A DNA stretch of 15,635 nt, from positions 1 to 15,635 of the forward strand of contig DATFEP010000055.1 of the NCBI GenBank assembly GCA_035250975.1, given 5' to 3'. Positions 1 to 9,464 of this stretch are shown one piece after another. The translations under genes were made by a program, and so were the position numbers. The DNA is from Nitrososphaeraceae archaeon (GTDB lineage Archaea; Thermoproteota; Nitrososphaeria; Nitrososphaerales; Nitrososphaeraceae). The notes under the pieces were generated by a model. That model ran no database searches and had not been told where the DNA came from. It saw only the letters and a list, made by a program, of their open reading frames with translations. Every line of letters begins with the position of its first letter. The stretch's first letter is position 1.

Positions 1-33
1 AGAAAATATTTTGTTATAATATAATTTGATATA

Positions 34-426
34 TTATTTGTTCAATTTTTCTTCTATAATGTTTTTTGTTTCATTTGGCAATGTATTTAAAATATTATTA
101 AATTCTTCTTTTGATAGTTTATTTTTTATATCATCTAATCCTTCATCAGATATAGATATTAAAACCTTTGATACATTACCGGGATTCAAGATAGCAAAAA
201 CTGCTTTAATTTCCTCTGGTTGTAAATCTGTTAAAGGATAATCTTTTATTTCTGTCTCATTATAGAGGGCAATATCATCTGCAATTAGTTTAGCGTTAGA
301 AGAGATATCAGGAGAAGAGAAATCAAGAGGAGACATAGTAACATTTCCAGGAATTATTGAATATACATTACCATAGTGAAATAATCCAACCATAATTAAA
401 ATATAAACTATTAAAATAATTTTCAT
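34..426 (-). CDS. Secreted/membrane-anchored hypothetical protein; helical C-terminus loosely resembles MgtE N-terminal-type repeats
   Basis: 130-aa ORF with N-terminal hydrophobic signal (MKIILIVYILIMVGLF) and amphipathic acidic helices (LQPEEIKAVFAIL...LSKEEFNNILNTLP). Domain resemblance judged by eye only. Confidence 0.8.
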   Translation of the reverse strand: MKIILIVYILIMVGLFHYGNVYSIIPGNVTMSPLDFSSPDISSNAKLIADDIALYNETEIKDYPLTDLQPEEIKAVFAILNPGNVSKVLISISDEGLDDIKNKLSKEEFNNILNTLPNETKNIIEEKLNK

Positions 427-531
427 ATTTAATATTTAAATTTAAAAAAGTAATAAATAAATTTTTTCATAGATTTTTACTATTTTAGTTATAAAAAATT
501 TTTAATATTATTTAACGAATTAACTACATGG

Positions 532-1680
532 ATGAATTCATATTATAAAAATAATTATTTTTTTATAATTTTTCTTGCTACTTTTTTACTTTTTATCTAT
601 AGTAACAATGGATATGCCGATTCTCCATCTTTTCTAGAACAAGAAATCGGAGATAATACTACAGATTGGGTTGATATGAGTACAAACCAAATACAAAAAA
701 AAGTTAAAGAAAAATATACAGATATTACCTCTGTAGACTACTTTAGTGATGGTAAAACTCTGAATGCAACAATATGGCTGTTATTTCCATTCAAAGAAAC
801 TCCTCCAATGAAAGAGGTGGATTATGGAATGTTTATAGACGCAGACTTCAATAGCAAGACAGGGTATGGTGGATTGGATTATAAAGTTGAATTACAATGG
901 AAAAATGAATCTAAATCATGGACTAAAGTTGTTGAAACATGGTCAAAAAATGGAAAGGAACGCACTATAGATATTTATCCCAACTTTACCGATTTCTTTG
1001 AAAAAGGAAAATACTTTGTGACCATCTCTGTTGAATTGAAAAAAATATTGTATCCTCAAAAATATAAGGTATTATTTTATGCTGATTTTAGAAGAAATGA
1101 TGGAGTATTAATAAGTGACTTTACAAGATGGATTGCTATTCCACCATTGGAATTCGATATATCTACAATACCAAAATCTATTGAATTACATCAAGGACTT
1201 TCAGATAATATACAGGTACAAATAAATTCAACCCAAGGATATGCACCCAAAATTAACTTGACATTGGAAAATAAACCCAAAGAAACATATTTCGTTTATG
1301 ACTCCGATGAAATAATTCTTCCGTCATACGGTATGGCAACAATTCCTATCAAAATTACGCCTACAAAGGATGAGGTCTTAGGACCGCATACATTCTATGT
1401 TACTGTAAAATCTAATTTCCCATCTGATGAATTAATAAAAATTCAAGGTGTACATTCTGTTCCTCCTGAGAATGTAATAAAAAGGTCTGCAGTTTTACTA
1501 AATATACAACCTGAACTTGATTTTTTTGATATCATACAGATGTCATGGGGAAAAGTAGGAGATTTTGCTCAATTTATTTATGGCATTCTGGCTGGACTTT
1601 CTCCTTTTATATACCAACAAATTAGAAATCTTACAAAACATAGTAATACTAAAAATACTGATATTAATAATAATTCATGA
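532..1680 (+). CDS. Surface/membrane-anchored hypothetical protein, beta-rich (possible Ig-like domain)
   Basis: 382-aa ORF with N-terminal signal/TM (FFIIFLATFLLFIY), beta-strand-like middle (YGMFIDADFNSKTG; ATIPIKITP) and C-terminal hydrophobic anchor (FAQFIYGILAGLSPFIY). Confidence 0.85.
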   Translation: MNSYYKNNYFFIIFLATFLLFIYSNNGYADSPSFLEQEIGDNTTDWVDMSTNQIQKKVKEKYTDITSVDYFSDGKTLNATIWLLFPFKETPPMKEVDYGMFIDADFNSKTGYGGLDYKVELQWKNESKSWTKVVETWSKNGKERTIDIYPNFTDFFEKGKYFVTISVELKKILYPQKYKVLFYADFRRNDGVLISDFTRWIAIPPLEFDISTIPKSIELHQGLSDNIQVQINSTQGYAPKINLTLENKPKETYFVYDSDEIILPSYGMATIPIKITPTKDEVLGPHTFYVTVKSNFPSDELIKIQGVHSVPPENVIKRSAVLLNIQPELDFFDIIQMSWGKVGDFAQFIYGILAGLSPFIYQQIRNLTKHSNTKNTDINNNS

Positions 1681-1801
1681 TCATCATCTATAGCCTTATC
1701 TAATATATTACTGACAACTATGCAAAGACTTTAAGATGTTTTTTCCATACCTACGAATTGATGCGAATCTTGATAGATTAATAGCATTTCTGCAATGGTC
1801 T

Positions 1802-1831
1802 CGTCGGGTTGCGAGGCATTTTTGCCTCTAT
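1802..1831 (+). repeat. Modular repeat, module B copy 1 (CGTCGGGTTG..GAGGCA-TTTT-TGCCTC hairpin)
   Basis: 27/30 identical to 4355-4384; perfect 6-bp stem GAGGCA/TGCCTC at 1813-1828. Confidence 0.75.
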
Positions 1832-2026
1832 TTCTTTTCTAGATATTAATGATATTAGAGTAAGATTAGCATTAGTTGACACACCAGAAAGAGGACAAGA
1901 ATGATATAAAGAAGCAAAGGATTTTGTCAAGAATTTATGTCTTAATAAAAAGGGGAAATGGATATAAAATATACCAATGATATTTAGGAATTAAAAAATA
2001 ATGTAATACTATTGTTACATTATTTT

Positions 2027-2449
2027 CTATTCAACTAGATTTCCGCCGTGGATTTTTAATAATCTTTGTAAAATCTCAGCAGCAATATACCCTTTAACAG
2101 TTTGTTTGAGATCAAGACCAGATATTTCTTGAACAATTGTAGCAAATTTTGGATGTTTTGCCTTGATTTCTGATGCTTTTGCCTTGATTTCTTCTTCTGT
2201 CATATATTCCTCTAACGGTGAACTAGTCTGACCAGTTATTTTTTCCTCAACTAGATTTCTGGCATGTGATTTTAGTATTCTCTGTAAAACTCCCGCTACA
2301 AAATAAGCTCTGAAAGTTTCTTTCAGGTCAAGATTAGGAATTTCTTGAACAATTGTAGCATACTTTGGATGGTTTGTTTTAAATTCGGCTGCTTTTGACT
2401 TAAATTCTTCTCTTGTCATTCTAATATCTTCTAAAATGGTTGTCATCAT
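2027..2449 (-). CDS. Hypothetical protein made of two tandem ~60-aa helical repeats
   Basis: MTREEFKSKAAEFKTNHPKYATIVQEIPNLDLKETFRAY... aligns with MTEEEIKAKASEIKAKHPKFATIVQEISGLDLKQTVKGY...; the duplication is also visible in the DNA (ATTTCTTGAACAATTGTAGCA twice). Confidence 0.85.
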   Translation of the reverse strand: MMTTILEDIRMTREEFKSKAAEFKTNHPKYATIVQEIPNLDLKETFRAYFVAGVLQRILKSHARNLVEEKITGQTSSPLEEYMTEEEIKAKASEIKAKHPKFATIVQEISGLDLKQTVKGYIAAEILQRLLKIHGGNLVE

Positions 2450-2974
2450 AATGTGTATATAATAATAGATATATAACTATTTGTATCTCTGGAATAGATA
2501 TATTTATATATATTGAAGAATCAAAGAAACATTTTCCATAGTATTGCAAAACATTACAATATATGTCAATAACAAAGTAATAAATTTACAAATCTATACT
2601 TGCGTACGATTTTATATAACTCAATTAAAATACTATTATTCATATATTTAGCTAATCTGAATGACTTTAGTCATACTATGTGAGGTATAAACCGACCTTG
2701 GCAAAGAATGGTAATCAGGCATTATTACTTTTATTAATAAAATCCATTATTAGAGAACATTTTTAATATTGCTAGTTGATAATTTCACTTAACGTTGAAG
2801 ATAAAAATTATTTCAATCTTTATAATCACGTTTGTTTCAAGTATGACTTTTTTCCTTCACTTCTACTAAGGTACAAAATAGTAGTGCAGTAGACCTACTT
2901 ACTGAAGAACAGTAATAAGAACATAAAAATAAAATGGTAGATATCAAAAGCTGTTCAACTATGAAATATGTCTA

Positions 2975-4087
2975 TTACACCAATGATACATGTAAAAGAA
3001 ACAAGTCATCAAAAAATTGTATGAAATCCTTATTACTAATAACATCATCTCCAAATATTCCAAAGCTTATTACGTTCCCATTTCCATATTCCAGTTCGTA
3101 AGCAGCTATAAGATAATTAAATTTAGATTGTGCTTGATAATCTATCAATATCCTTGCATTTGGATTGGTTACATATTGCTCTTCGTGATGAACATATGAA
3201 AATGGATTGTTATTAAAGTCAATAGAACATGAACTACCACAACCATAATTACTACCTACCCATTGTGTAGTTTCTTCAGCCCATCTTTCTTTAACATCTC
3301 TCCAAGCCTTTTCTCCATCGAAAGCCCAATGATGTCCTTGAACGAGTGTAGTCTGTTGATTGATCGGATCGTAAGCAACTTCAGCATAGAACACATTTGA
3401 GTCAAGTAAAATAAGTATACCGCCATTTTCTACAAACTTTTTGAAGTTATCGTATTCTTCTTCGGTTACATATTCTTGATGTGCAAGGATAATAAATTTA
3501 TAGAGATTTTGGTCGTTATTATCAAACAATAATGCATTATGTACATCTGTGTCTGTCAAAAATGACACTTCCATATTGGGAGAAAGGAATGAGATGCGAT
3601 CTGCGAGATGTTTTATTCCATTAGATTTATAATGTAAAAACGCCTTTTCCCTGTCAGGCACTTGAGACGATAATAAATGTAGGTCTGTAGTTACAAATGC
3701 ATCTTCTGCTTCACGAGTAGTCACTGTTACATATTTTTTATAGAATGGGTAAAATGAATTGTCGTATGCTGCCATAGTGAAGGTCGGCATTATGAAAGCT
3801 ATTTTGTTATTATTTATTTGGTTAAAGGGAGCGACAGTAACGCCATTATCTTTTTCAGGTGACTGACCACTTTTAAATGAATGGGAGTCTTTTATAATTT
3901 CTTTCAAATAGTAATTTTGAATGATCATCTTGCCTAAATTTTCTTCATCCATTTCTGTTGCATATTCATCTTCAAAATCATAGTAGGTGTCATCCTTTTG
4001 GCCAATAGTGTTACCAATATAAAGCACAGCTGAAGAAAACATCAGGGTAACAGCTAGTAACAAATTAAAAGTAATAGACACGATCAC
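2975..4087 (-). CDS. N,N-dimethylformamidase beta-subunit-like domain protein with N-terminal signal/anchor
   Basis: 370 aa; motifs PTFTMAAYD, LAHQEYVT..EYD..KKFVENGG.LILLDSNVFYAEVAY resemble DMFase large-subunit family motifs (TWQAYN; GHxEYW; GGnL.F.SGN...W.V). Hydrophobic N-terminus. Confidence 0.7.
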   Translation of the reverse strand: MIVSITFNLLLAVTLMFSSAVLYIGNTIGQKDDTYYDFEDEYATEMDEENLGKMIIQNYYLKEIIKDSHSFKSGQSPEKDNGVTVAPFNQINNNKIAFIMPTFTMAAYDNSFYPFYKKYVTVTTREAEDAFVTTDLHLLSSQVPDREKAFLHYKSNGIKHLADRISFLSPNMEVSFLTDTDVHNALLFDNNDQNLYKFIILAHQEYVTEEEYDNFKKFVENGGILILLDSNVFYAEVAYDPINQQTTLVQGHHWAFDGEKAWRDVKERWAEETTQWVGSNYGCGSSCSIDFNNNPFSYVHHEEQYVTNPNARILIDYQAQSKFNYLIAAYELEYGNGNVISFGIFGDDVISNKDFIQFFDDLFLLHVSLV

Positions 4088-4184
4088 CTATTTCAAAAAT
4101 GATTTAAATAGACAATGAAGGATTCTGCCAATACATTTGTTAATTATTTTTTATGGTAGTGTCTTATTTTTTCTTATATAATAT

Positions 4185-4286
4185 CAATGAAATAGAACTT
4201 CAATAAATTTTTAGGAATAAAATTAGAAATGATAGCTATTGAAAATCTGATCGTTTATAATGGTCAAATCTTGTATCCAAGTTAAT
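4185..4286 (+). repeat. ~100-bp direct repeat, copy 1
   Basis: About 90% identical to 15531-15635 (about five substitutions, one 4-nt and one 1-nt indel). Confidence 0.95.
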
Positions 4287-4326
4287 TTGTAAATTATTAC
4301 TCTGATAATAATTCTTACTCCTGAAA

Positions 4327-4384
4327 GTAGTGGGCCCGAGAAAAGTACGGGCCCCGTCGGGTTGAGGGGTATTTTTGCCTCTAT
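4327..4384 (+). repeat. Modular repeat, module A (GGGCCCG-N9-CGGGCCC hairpin) fused to module B
   Basis: Perfect 7-bp stem 4332-4338/4348-4354; 4327-4361 matches 12533-12567 and 4355-4384 matches 1802-1831. Confidence 0.85.
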
Positions 4385-4446
4385 ATTGTAGCCTGTCATA
4401 AGAAGAGAGCATACGACCAATTTTTAAAATTAGATTTCAACAAACA

Positions 4447-4560
4447 TCAATACTTAACTTTTGTTATCTTGTTGAAAGAATCTTGCCCAATAAACCTCTC
4501 ACCAGTATCAAAATCTTTTCTGATTAAAACCCAAAGCCAGATGCCAATATGTATAAAATA
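4447..4560 (-). pseudogene. Possible highly degraded DDE (IS6-like) transposase fragment
   Basis: Minus-strand translation YFIHIGIWLWVLIRKDFDTGERFIGQ...; IWLWV and ERFI recall archaeal IS6-type transposases but with shortened spacing. Weak. Confidence 0.2.
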
Positions 4561-4575
4561 AAAATAAATAGATTA

Positions 4576-4986
4576 TTAATCATCTACTGGCCAAGCATTA
4601 GACGTTATGAATTCAACCATATTGCCAACTGGATCGCGAAAATATATTGATTTGCTCTTCCCAAATTTTATCTCTTTTTCAATACTGATATTATTTTCCT
4701 TTAAAAGAGACTTCCATTTTTCATAATCTTCTTTTTTTATTTCAAAAGCAAAATGTATTATAGAAGGAGGACTAAATGCCCCATGAGACGGAAAATTATC
4801 ATTGATATTATTTAATGTATTGTTGGGATTGAAAATTAAAAGCATGTTTTTTCCTGCTTTTAAAAATACATGTCTGTCTTTTTCTTCTGAAACAAGATCC
4901 AATCCCAAAATATCGATATAAAAATCCTTCATTTCTTTTAGATTGGAAGAATATATACTGGTTTCAATAATTTTTATAAATTTCAT
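4576..4986 (-). CDS. VOC family (glyoxalase/bleomycin resistance/dioxygenase) protein
   Basis: 136 aa with FYIDILGL, HFAFEI and SIYFRDPVGNMVEF; putative metal ligands E8, H (HFAF) and E (VEF). Confidence 0.93.
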   Translation of the reverse strand: MKFIKIIETSIYSSNLKEMKDFYIDILGLDLVSEEKDRHVFLKAGKNMLLIFNPNNTLNNINDNFPSHGAFSPPSIIHFAFEIKKEDYEKWKSLLKENNISIEKEIKFGKSKSIYFRDPVGNMVEFITSNAWPVDD

Positions 4987-5245
4987 GATACGTTATTATC
5001 GTATATCAAATTTAATTATTAATACATCAACATTACAAAATCGTATAAAAGTGAAATGAAATATATTTATAACATGCCCGTCGGTAGTTGAATAGTCATT
5101 TTTTCCGTGTTCAGTAACAGATCAGTTAATAGCAGTAATCCGCTAGTGAATATTTAGTTCAATATGCATCTAAATATTCTCTATTACAAATAAAAATAAA
5201 CCAGTTTATCATAATTACAAATACCGACTTCGTAATGGCAACGTG

Positions 5246-5300
5246 CTTCACATTTCCGGAATGAAGAAAGTGAATCCGTCAACCACTTTCTACTCCGGAA
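5246..5300. other. Long intergenic stem-loop
   Basis: TTCCGGA 5254-5260 pairs with TCCGGAA 5294-5300, enclosing AGAAAGTG 5265-5272 paired with CACTTTCT 5284-5291. Confidence 0.6.
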
Positions 5301-5791
5301 TCATTAAAAATTTGATTATAAATTCCAGCATATCACTAGAGTAATAAGTTAATGCATGAATTAATTTAAACAAGTCAGAAAAAGTAAGAAAATTAGAAAT
5401 TAAATTTAGACTAGGGACATTAAACAAAAAAATTCACTCTTTTTTGAGGATAATATTTATAAAAAATTTGATTAAAAAAATATGTTGAAAATATCATGTA
5501 CATTAACTACCATAAATTCATAATATTGTCTAAATAATATAGCACATTTAATTAGGTTCGTAATAGACAGCATATTTTACTATGTAAAATAAGACCATTC
5601 TAAACCTCTATAATGACCAACTATGATTCTGGCTGAGATCAATACAAAATGAACTCAAATATATAATGATTTCATTTTTGGGGGATTTGTTTCTGTCAAA
5701 ATTTTTTAACATAGTACAGATTTTCATAAATGCAACAAGTTATAGCAAATAATATTTAGAAATTGTTATATAAAATAAATAATAGATTATT

Positions 5792-7504
5792 TTGGTATTA
5801 TTAGTGTTTGAGACTATTACATCAAAAATACGAAATAAATCGTTTGAATTTTCAAACTCAATTCTTTACTATCCTATACTATTTTTGGTAGGTTCTTTCT
5901 CTTTGTTTGTCATGACTTCTACAATTGATCCATATATTCCAAGAGATTATGAATTTTCCCTATTCGATCCATTAGTTTTTACTGGAAGTCCTGATGCAGC
6001 AAGAAGCATTCTATCTACAATAGCTACGGGATGGACTACCATTTTGGGTGTGGCTTTTTCTGTTACACTTATTACATTACAACTTTCATCTTCAAAATAT
6101 ATTTCACGTCTCGTTAGCGAATTTCAAAATGATAAAATTAATCAGCTCACACTAGGATGGTTTATTTTTGTATCTTCTTATTCTTTGCTAATTCTAAAAA
6201 CTGTCAGGACAGATGAAGCTGATGGTGTTTATATCCCAATATTAGGTACAAATATTGCGTTAGCTGTTGCTATTATAGGTTTGTTGATTTTTGTAGTTTA
6301 TATACATAACATAAGCAATTATCTCAGACCAAATATATTAATCTCACGCCTTATAGATGGTATTATTTCGTCATTAAAAAAATATGAAAAGAGAAAAACT
6401 GACAAAAAACTTATTTTTGATGAAAAACCATTTGATGAAAAAATCTGTGATATAAGATCAACTAGTACTGGAATTATAACTTCAATTAAGTGGAAGAAGA
6501 TTCAAAATCTGCTCATTCAATTTCAAACAGATAAAGACCTTTGGATGGAATGGTATAAAAGTATTGGAGATTGGTCTGGTAAAGAAGAACTTTTGGCAGC
6601 AGTTTATAAATATAAAAATGAAGAACAAAAAGAAGAAAATTATCACCAAAAGAATAAGAGTAAATTTCTTGGTCTACCTATGATAAATAAAAATAATTAT
6701 GATCATTATAATGAAAACCATTCGATAAATAAAGAAGAAGGAGAAGATGATATTTCATTTAATCAAAACATTCTTAATTGTATACAAATTACTAACGATA
6801 GTAACTCATCAGAGGATCCAATTCTAGGAATACGTTTGTTGGGAGAAATGGCTGTTAAATCTAATAATTTGAGAGATTATGACGTGGTGAATTCGGTGAT
6901 AATAGGTCTTTTCCAGATTTTAATCTATACCTATTCAAATGAAGAGAAATTGGGTTTACCATTTACTATCTCATCAGAGGGTATGCACATTAAAAAAATA
7001 AGAAAAATAAATTTGCACAAAAAAACAAAAAATAATGATGCTACTGAAGAAAATAATGAATCAAAAAAAGAAGAACAAGAAGAAGATAATGAAAAACACA
7101 AGAAGCAAAAGCAACGGATTATAATTATAAACCCTAGGGAAGTACGGATTCATGATGTTATTATTCATACTTTAACAACTATAAGCAGTATGATAGCTAA
7201 TCAAAAAAATACTTCTTCAAATGAATGTATTTGTAAACAGTACATAGCCACAACTAAATACTTGTTAGAGATAAATAAAGTCAATGAATATCAAATACTT
7301 ACAGAATGGTATTCGAATCGTCTTTTACTAATAAAACAAGAATTCTGTGATTCTCTGGTATTGTTACCCATTTTAAATTTGTTATTACAATTTAAAAAAG
7401 ATTTAAATTTCTCCTACCCATATGCGGTTAAAACTTTTTCTGTTTTCATGGATGAAATTCTAAAATATAGAGAGGATATTGTTAATAGAAAGGATATAAA
7501 ATAA
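5792..7504 (+). CDS. DUF2254-family membrane protein
   Basis: 570 aa, TTG start (exact start uncertain); family signature GSPDAARSILSTIATG..TILGVAFSVTLITLQLSSSKYISRLV..F..D...Q.TLG.F; four N-terminal TM helices and a soluble C-terminal region containing EDP..GIR.L.EMA. Confidence 0.88.
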   Translation: MVLLVFETITSKIRNKSFEFSNSILYYPILFLVGSFSLFVMTSTIDPYIPRDYEFSLFDPLVFTGSPDAARSILSTIATGWTTILGVAFSVTLITLQLSSSKYISRLVSEFQNDKINQLTLGWFIFVSSYSLLILKTVRTDEADGVYIPILGTNIALAVAIIGLLIFVVYIHNISNYLRPNILISRLIDGIISSLKKYEKRKTDKKLIFDEKPFDEKICDIRSTSTGIITSIKWKKIQNLLIQFQTDKDLWMEWYKSIGDWSGKEELLAAVYKYKNEEQKEENYHQKNKSKFLGLPMINKNNYDHYNENHSINKEEGEDDISFNQNILNCIQITNDSNSSEDPILGIRLLGEMAVKSNNLRDYDVVNSVIIGLFQILIYTYSNEEKLGLPFTISSEGMHIKKIRKINLHKKTKNNDATEENNESKKEEQEEDNEKHKKQKQRIIIINPREVRIHDVIIHTLTTISSMIANQKNTSSNECICKQYIATTKYLLEINKVNEYQILTEWYSNRLLLIKQEFCDSLVLLPILNLLLQFKKDLNFSYPYAVKTFSVFMDEILKYREDIVNRKDIK

Positions 7505-7684
7505 AATTCAAGAGGAGCTGAACTAGTATTAAAAATATCATTTTTCTACCCTTTTCTAATTCTTTCTTTTGCAGGACAACATATATGTGACCCATTGTTT
7601 GTATCTAATATCTCTATTTCTCAAATGTTCCTTTATATAATATCATCAATAGACTAAGATATTGAATTCAAATATATCGGGAGA

Positions 7685-7724
7685 GAGTAATACCGATAGC
7701 GGCTTAAAAATAAGAGTCTACTGT
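7685..7724 (+). repeat. Modular repeat, module C copy 1
   Basis: GAGTAATACCGATAGCGGCTTAAAAATAAGAGTCTA matches 12567-12602 and 12766-12801; preceded by TCGGG at 7677-7681. Confidence 0.85.
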
Positions 7725-7809
7725 AAATATAGTCTACCTTGTATTTAGCTTTTATTGTTAGAAACTTAAATTAAATGTAATATTCAAGATATATATAAAT
7801 ATTGAAGGG

Positions 7810-7958
7810 TGATACTGATAATCATCGCAAAATTAGTTTTTTTTATAAAACTATTTACAAGATATGAAAAGAATGATGAGAACTATATTGGTTTCCTACA
7901 GTTAGCAAATAGTATAATTGTTTACAGGATGCTAATTTTGCGGTAGGCTATCGGTATT
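7810..7958. mobile_element. Candidate ~150-bp MITE bounded by imperfect inverted repeats related to module C
   Basis: Left end GATACTGATAATCATCGCAAAATTAG (7811-7836); right end reverse complement AATACCGATAGCCTACCGCAAAATTAG (7932-7958). No coding content inside; no clear TSD. Confidence 0.45.
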
Positions 7959-8264
7959 TTCAAAGAAAGTTTTTACTATTCCTGTGAATTGTTCTGGATA
8001 TTAATACATTAAACCATGACCTGCTCCATTAATTTGAAATAGCCATGATCCTCTTATTTTTTCTGCAATAATTAAAGAGTTTTCTGATGAGATAACAACA
8101 TTATTCAAACCAGATATTACCAAGGTGGGATTTTTTATTTTTTGAATAATGTTACATTTTCCATTCCAATTAGTGGATACCCAATCTTCTACTGCTTCAA
8201 ATTCTTTTTTTAGAGTACTAGCAGTTACAATCTCTTTTGATTTTGGAATATTTATAAGATGGCG
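7932..8264 (-). pseudogene. Alpha/beta-hydrolase C-terminal fragment (5'-truncated, internal stop)
   Basis: Manual translation ...KIKNPTLVISGLNNVVISSENSLIIAEKIRGSWLFQINGAGHGLMY*YPEQFTGIVKTFFENTDSLPQN*; classic PTLVI.G and AGH motifs; TAA at 8001-8003; no nucleophile-elbow half seen upstream. Confidence 0.85.
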
Positions 8265-8804
8265 TTAGAATTCAAAATACCTTATATTTATGAAATTGAC
8301 AAAATCTTAACTTTTACCAATCTTGATTTATGAAAATTTCCATGGATATCTCCAAGCTAGTTATACCAATAATATAGCAACTTATTCCTATAATTACGGT
8401 AGAGACAGATATCTTTAAACCAGAAATCTAAAATTCCTTTGAGTTACTGCACGGTCCGATAATGGCAATTTAGAGACAGTATGATGTTCGGTCGTATATT
8501 TTAGTGGATGTAGACGGAAGGGTAGACCGGTCCCAGATGGATTAGGACGTAGGGGAGGAATTCTGGATATTATTTGTTTACTACTAGGTTCCTCAAGATA
8601 TAAGGAGGTAATCAAAAGAAGACTTGAGTTTATAAAAAATAAATCTTCAGCTACTACTGTGGGGACGGGATCGGGTATGTAACCAAGCAAAGTCAAAAAA
8701 CTGTAGTCATAAATGTTACCAATAATACGATAGGACTATGAATACTATATAGGAATATTTGAAATATCTGTTATGTTATTAATAATAATACTGAGCAAAG
8801 TAAA

Positions 8805-8936
8805 ATGAACGTTAAATCTTGCTACGGCTGCGACATTCCGATATACTGGAATCCGGTAAAAGGAGAGTATTTGGAAGTACAGACAAACAATAAACATATT
8901 TGTGAATATCTTGAAAAACCCCAAATACAATGCTAA
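8805..8936 (+). CDS. Small (43 aa) putative zinc-binding protein, CxxC-X21-HxC
   Basis: Manual translation MNVKSCYGCDIPIYWNPVKGEYLEVQTNNKHICEYLEKPQIQC; ATG 8805, TAA 8934-8936; below the ORF-track length cut-off. Confidence 0.7.
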   Translation: MNVKSCYGCDIPIYWNPVKGEYLEVQTNNKHICEYLEKPQIQC

Positions 8937-9043
8937 AGAATCAATCAAACAAAAAATTTTATTACAATTTAGTAACTGAAAACAATTATCTAACATCCTC
9001 TGTGATTCAAGGTATTTGTAGTGCTAGTAATATGACTGGGTAA

Positions 9044-9464
9044 TGTATTATCCCACCACATGTGTTACTCTCCTATTATATACTTGTACTGGTGGTGTCA
9101 TGTAGTTCAATGACATATGTACTCTTTTGTTATTATAGTATTTAATGAATTGTTCATGTCTTTTGAATCTGGGGCTCTCTACATCGCATGTCCTATGCCA
9201 TCTCTCTATTTTACCAAGTGTAGTAGGTTTTCCTATACCACCAATAACATGTTGTACGTCATGTTCCTTGCAGAAAGAATCAAAATCTGATTGCAATTTA
9301 GAATGTGAATTATAGAATTGGGAACCATGGTCTGTCAGTATCTGCATTGGTTTTCCATACTTTCTGATTGTACGTTTTAATAGATAGATGATATTATCTG
9401 ATTTCATTACATGTTTCTTATCTGAGGACAAATCATAATATTCAATAAATAATAAAACCATCAC
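9044..9464 (-). mobile_element. IS481-family element, right end with truncated DDE transposase C-terminus (ORF 9048-9464)
   Basis: YGKPMQILTDHGSQF, GKIERWHRT, YYNNKRVHMSL; ORF ends VTHVVG* inside terminal repeat TGTATTATCCCACCACATGTGTTAC (9044-9068; TGT...ACA ends are typical of IS481). HTH and first catalytic Asp are missing. Confidence 0.88.

Noticed and set aside
26-241. 71-aa plus-strand ORF
   Set aside because: Antisense shadow of the better 34-426 gene.
3017-3199. 60-aa plus-strand ORF
   Set aside because: Antisense, inside the DMFase-like gene.
4223-4420. 65-aa minus-strand ORF
   Set aside because: Runs across non-coding repeats; the second copy of the repeat has a 1-nt indel that breaks this frame.
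7546-7620. Minus-strand peptide EIEILDTNNGSHICCPAK resembling the Zn-finger C-terminus
   Set aside because: Preceded directly by a stop codon and lacks the CxxC half; may be chance.
8745-8996. 83-aa minus-strand ORF
   Set aside because: Antisense to the motif-bearing 8805-8936 ORF and has no recognisable features.
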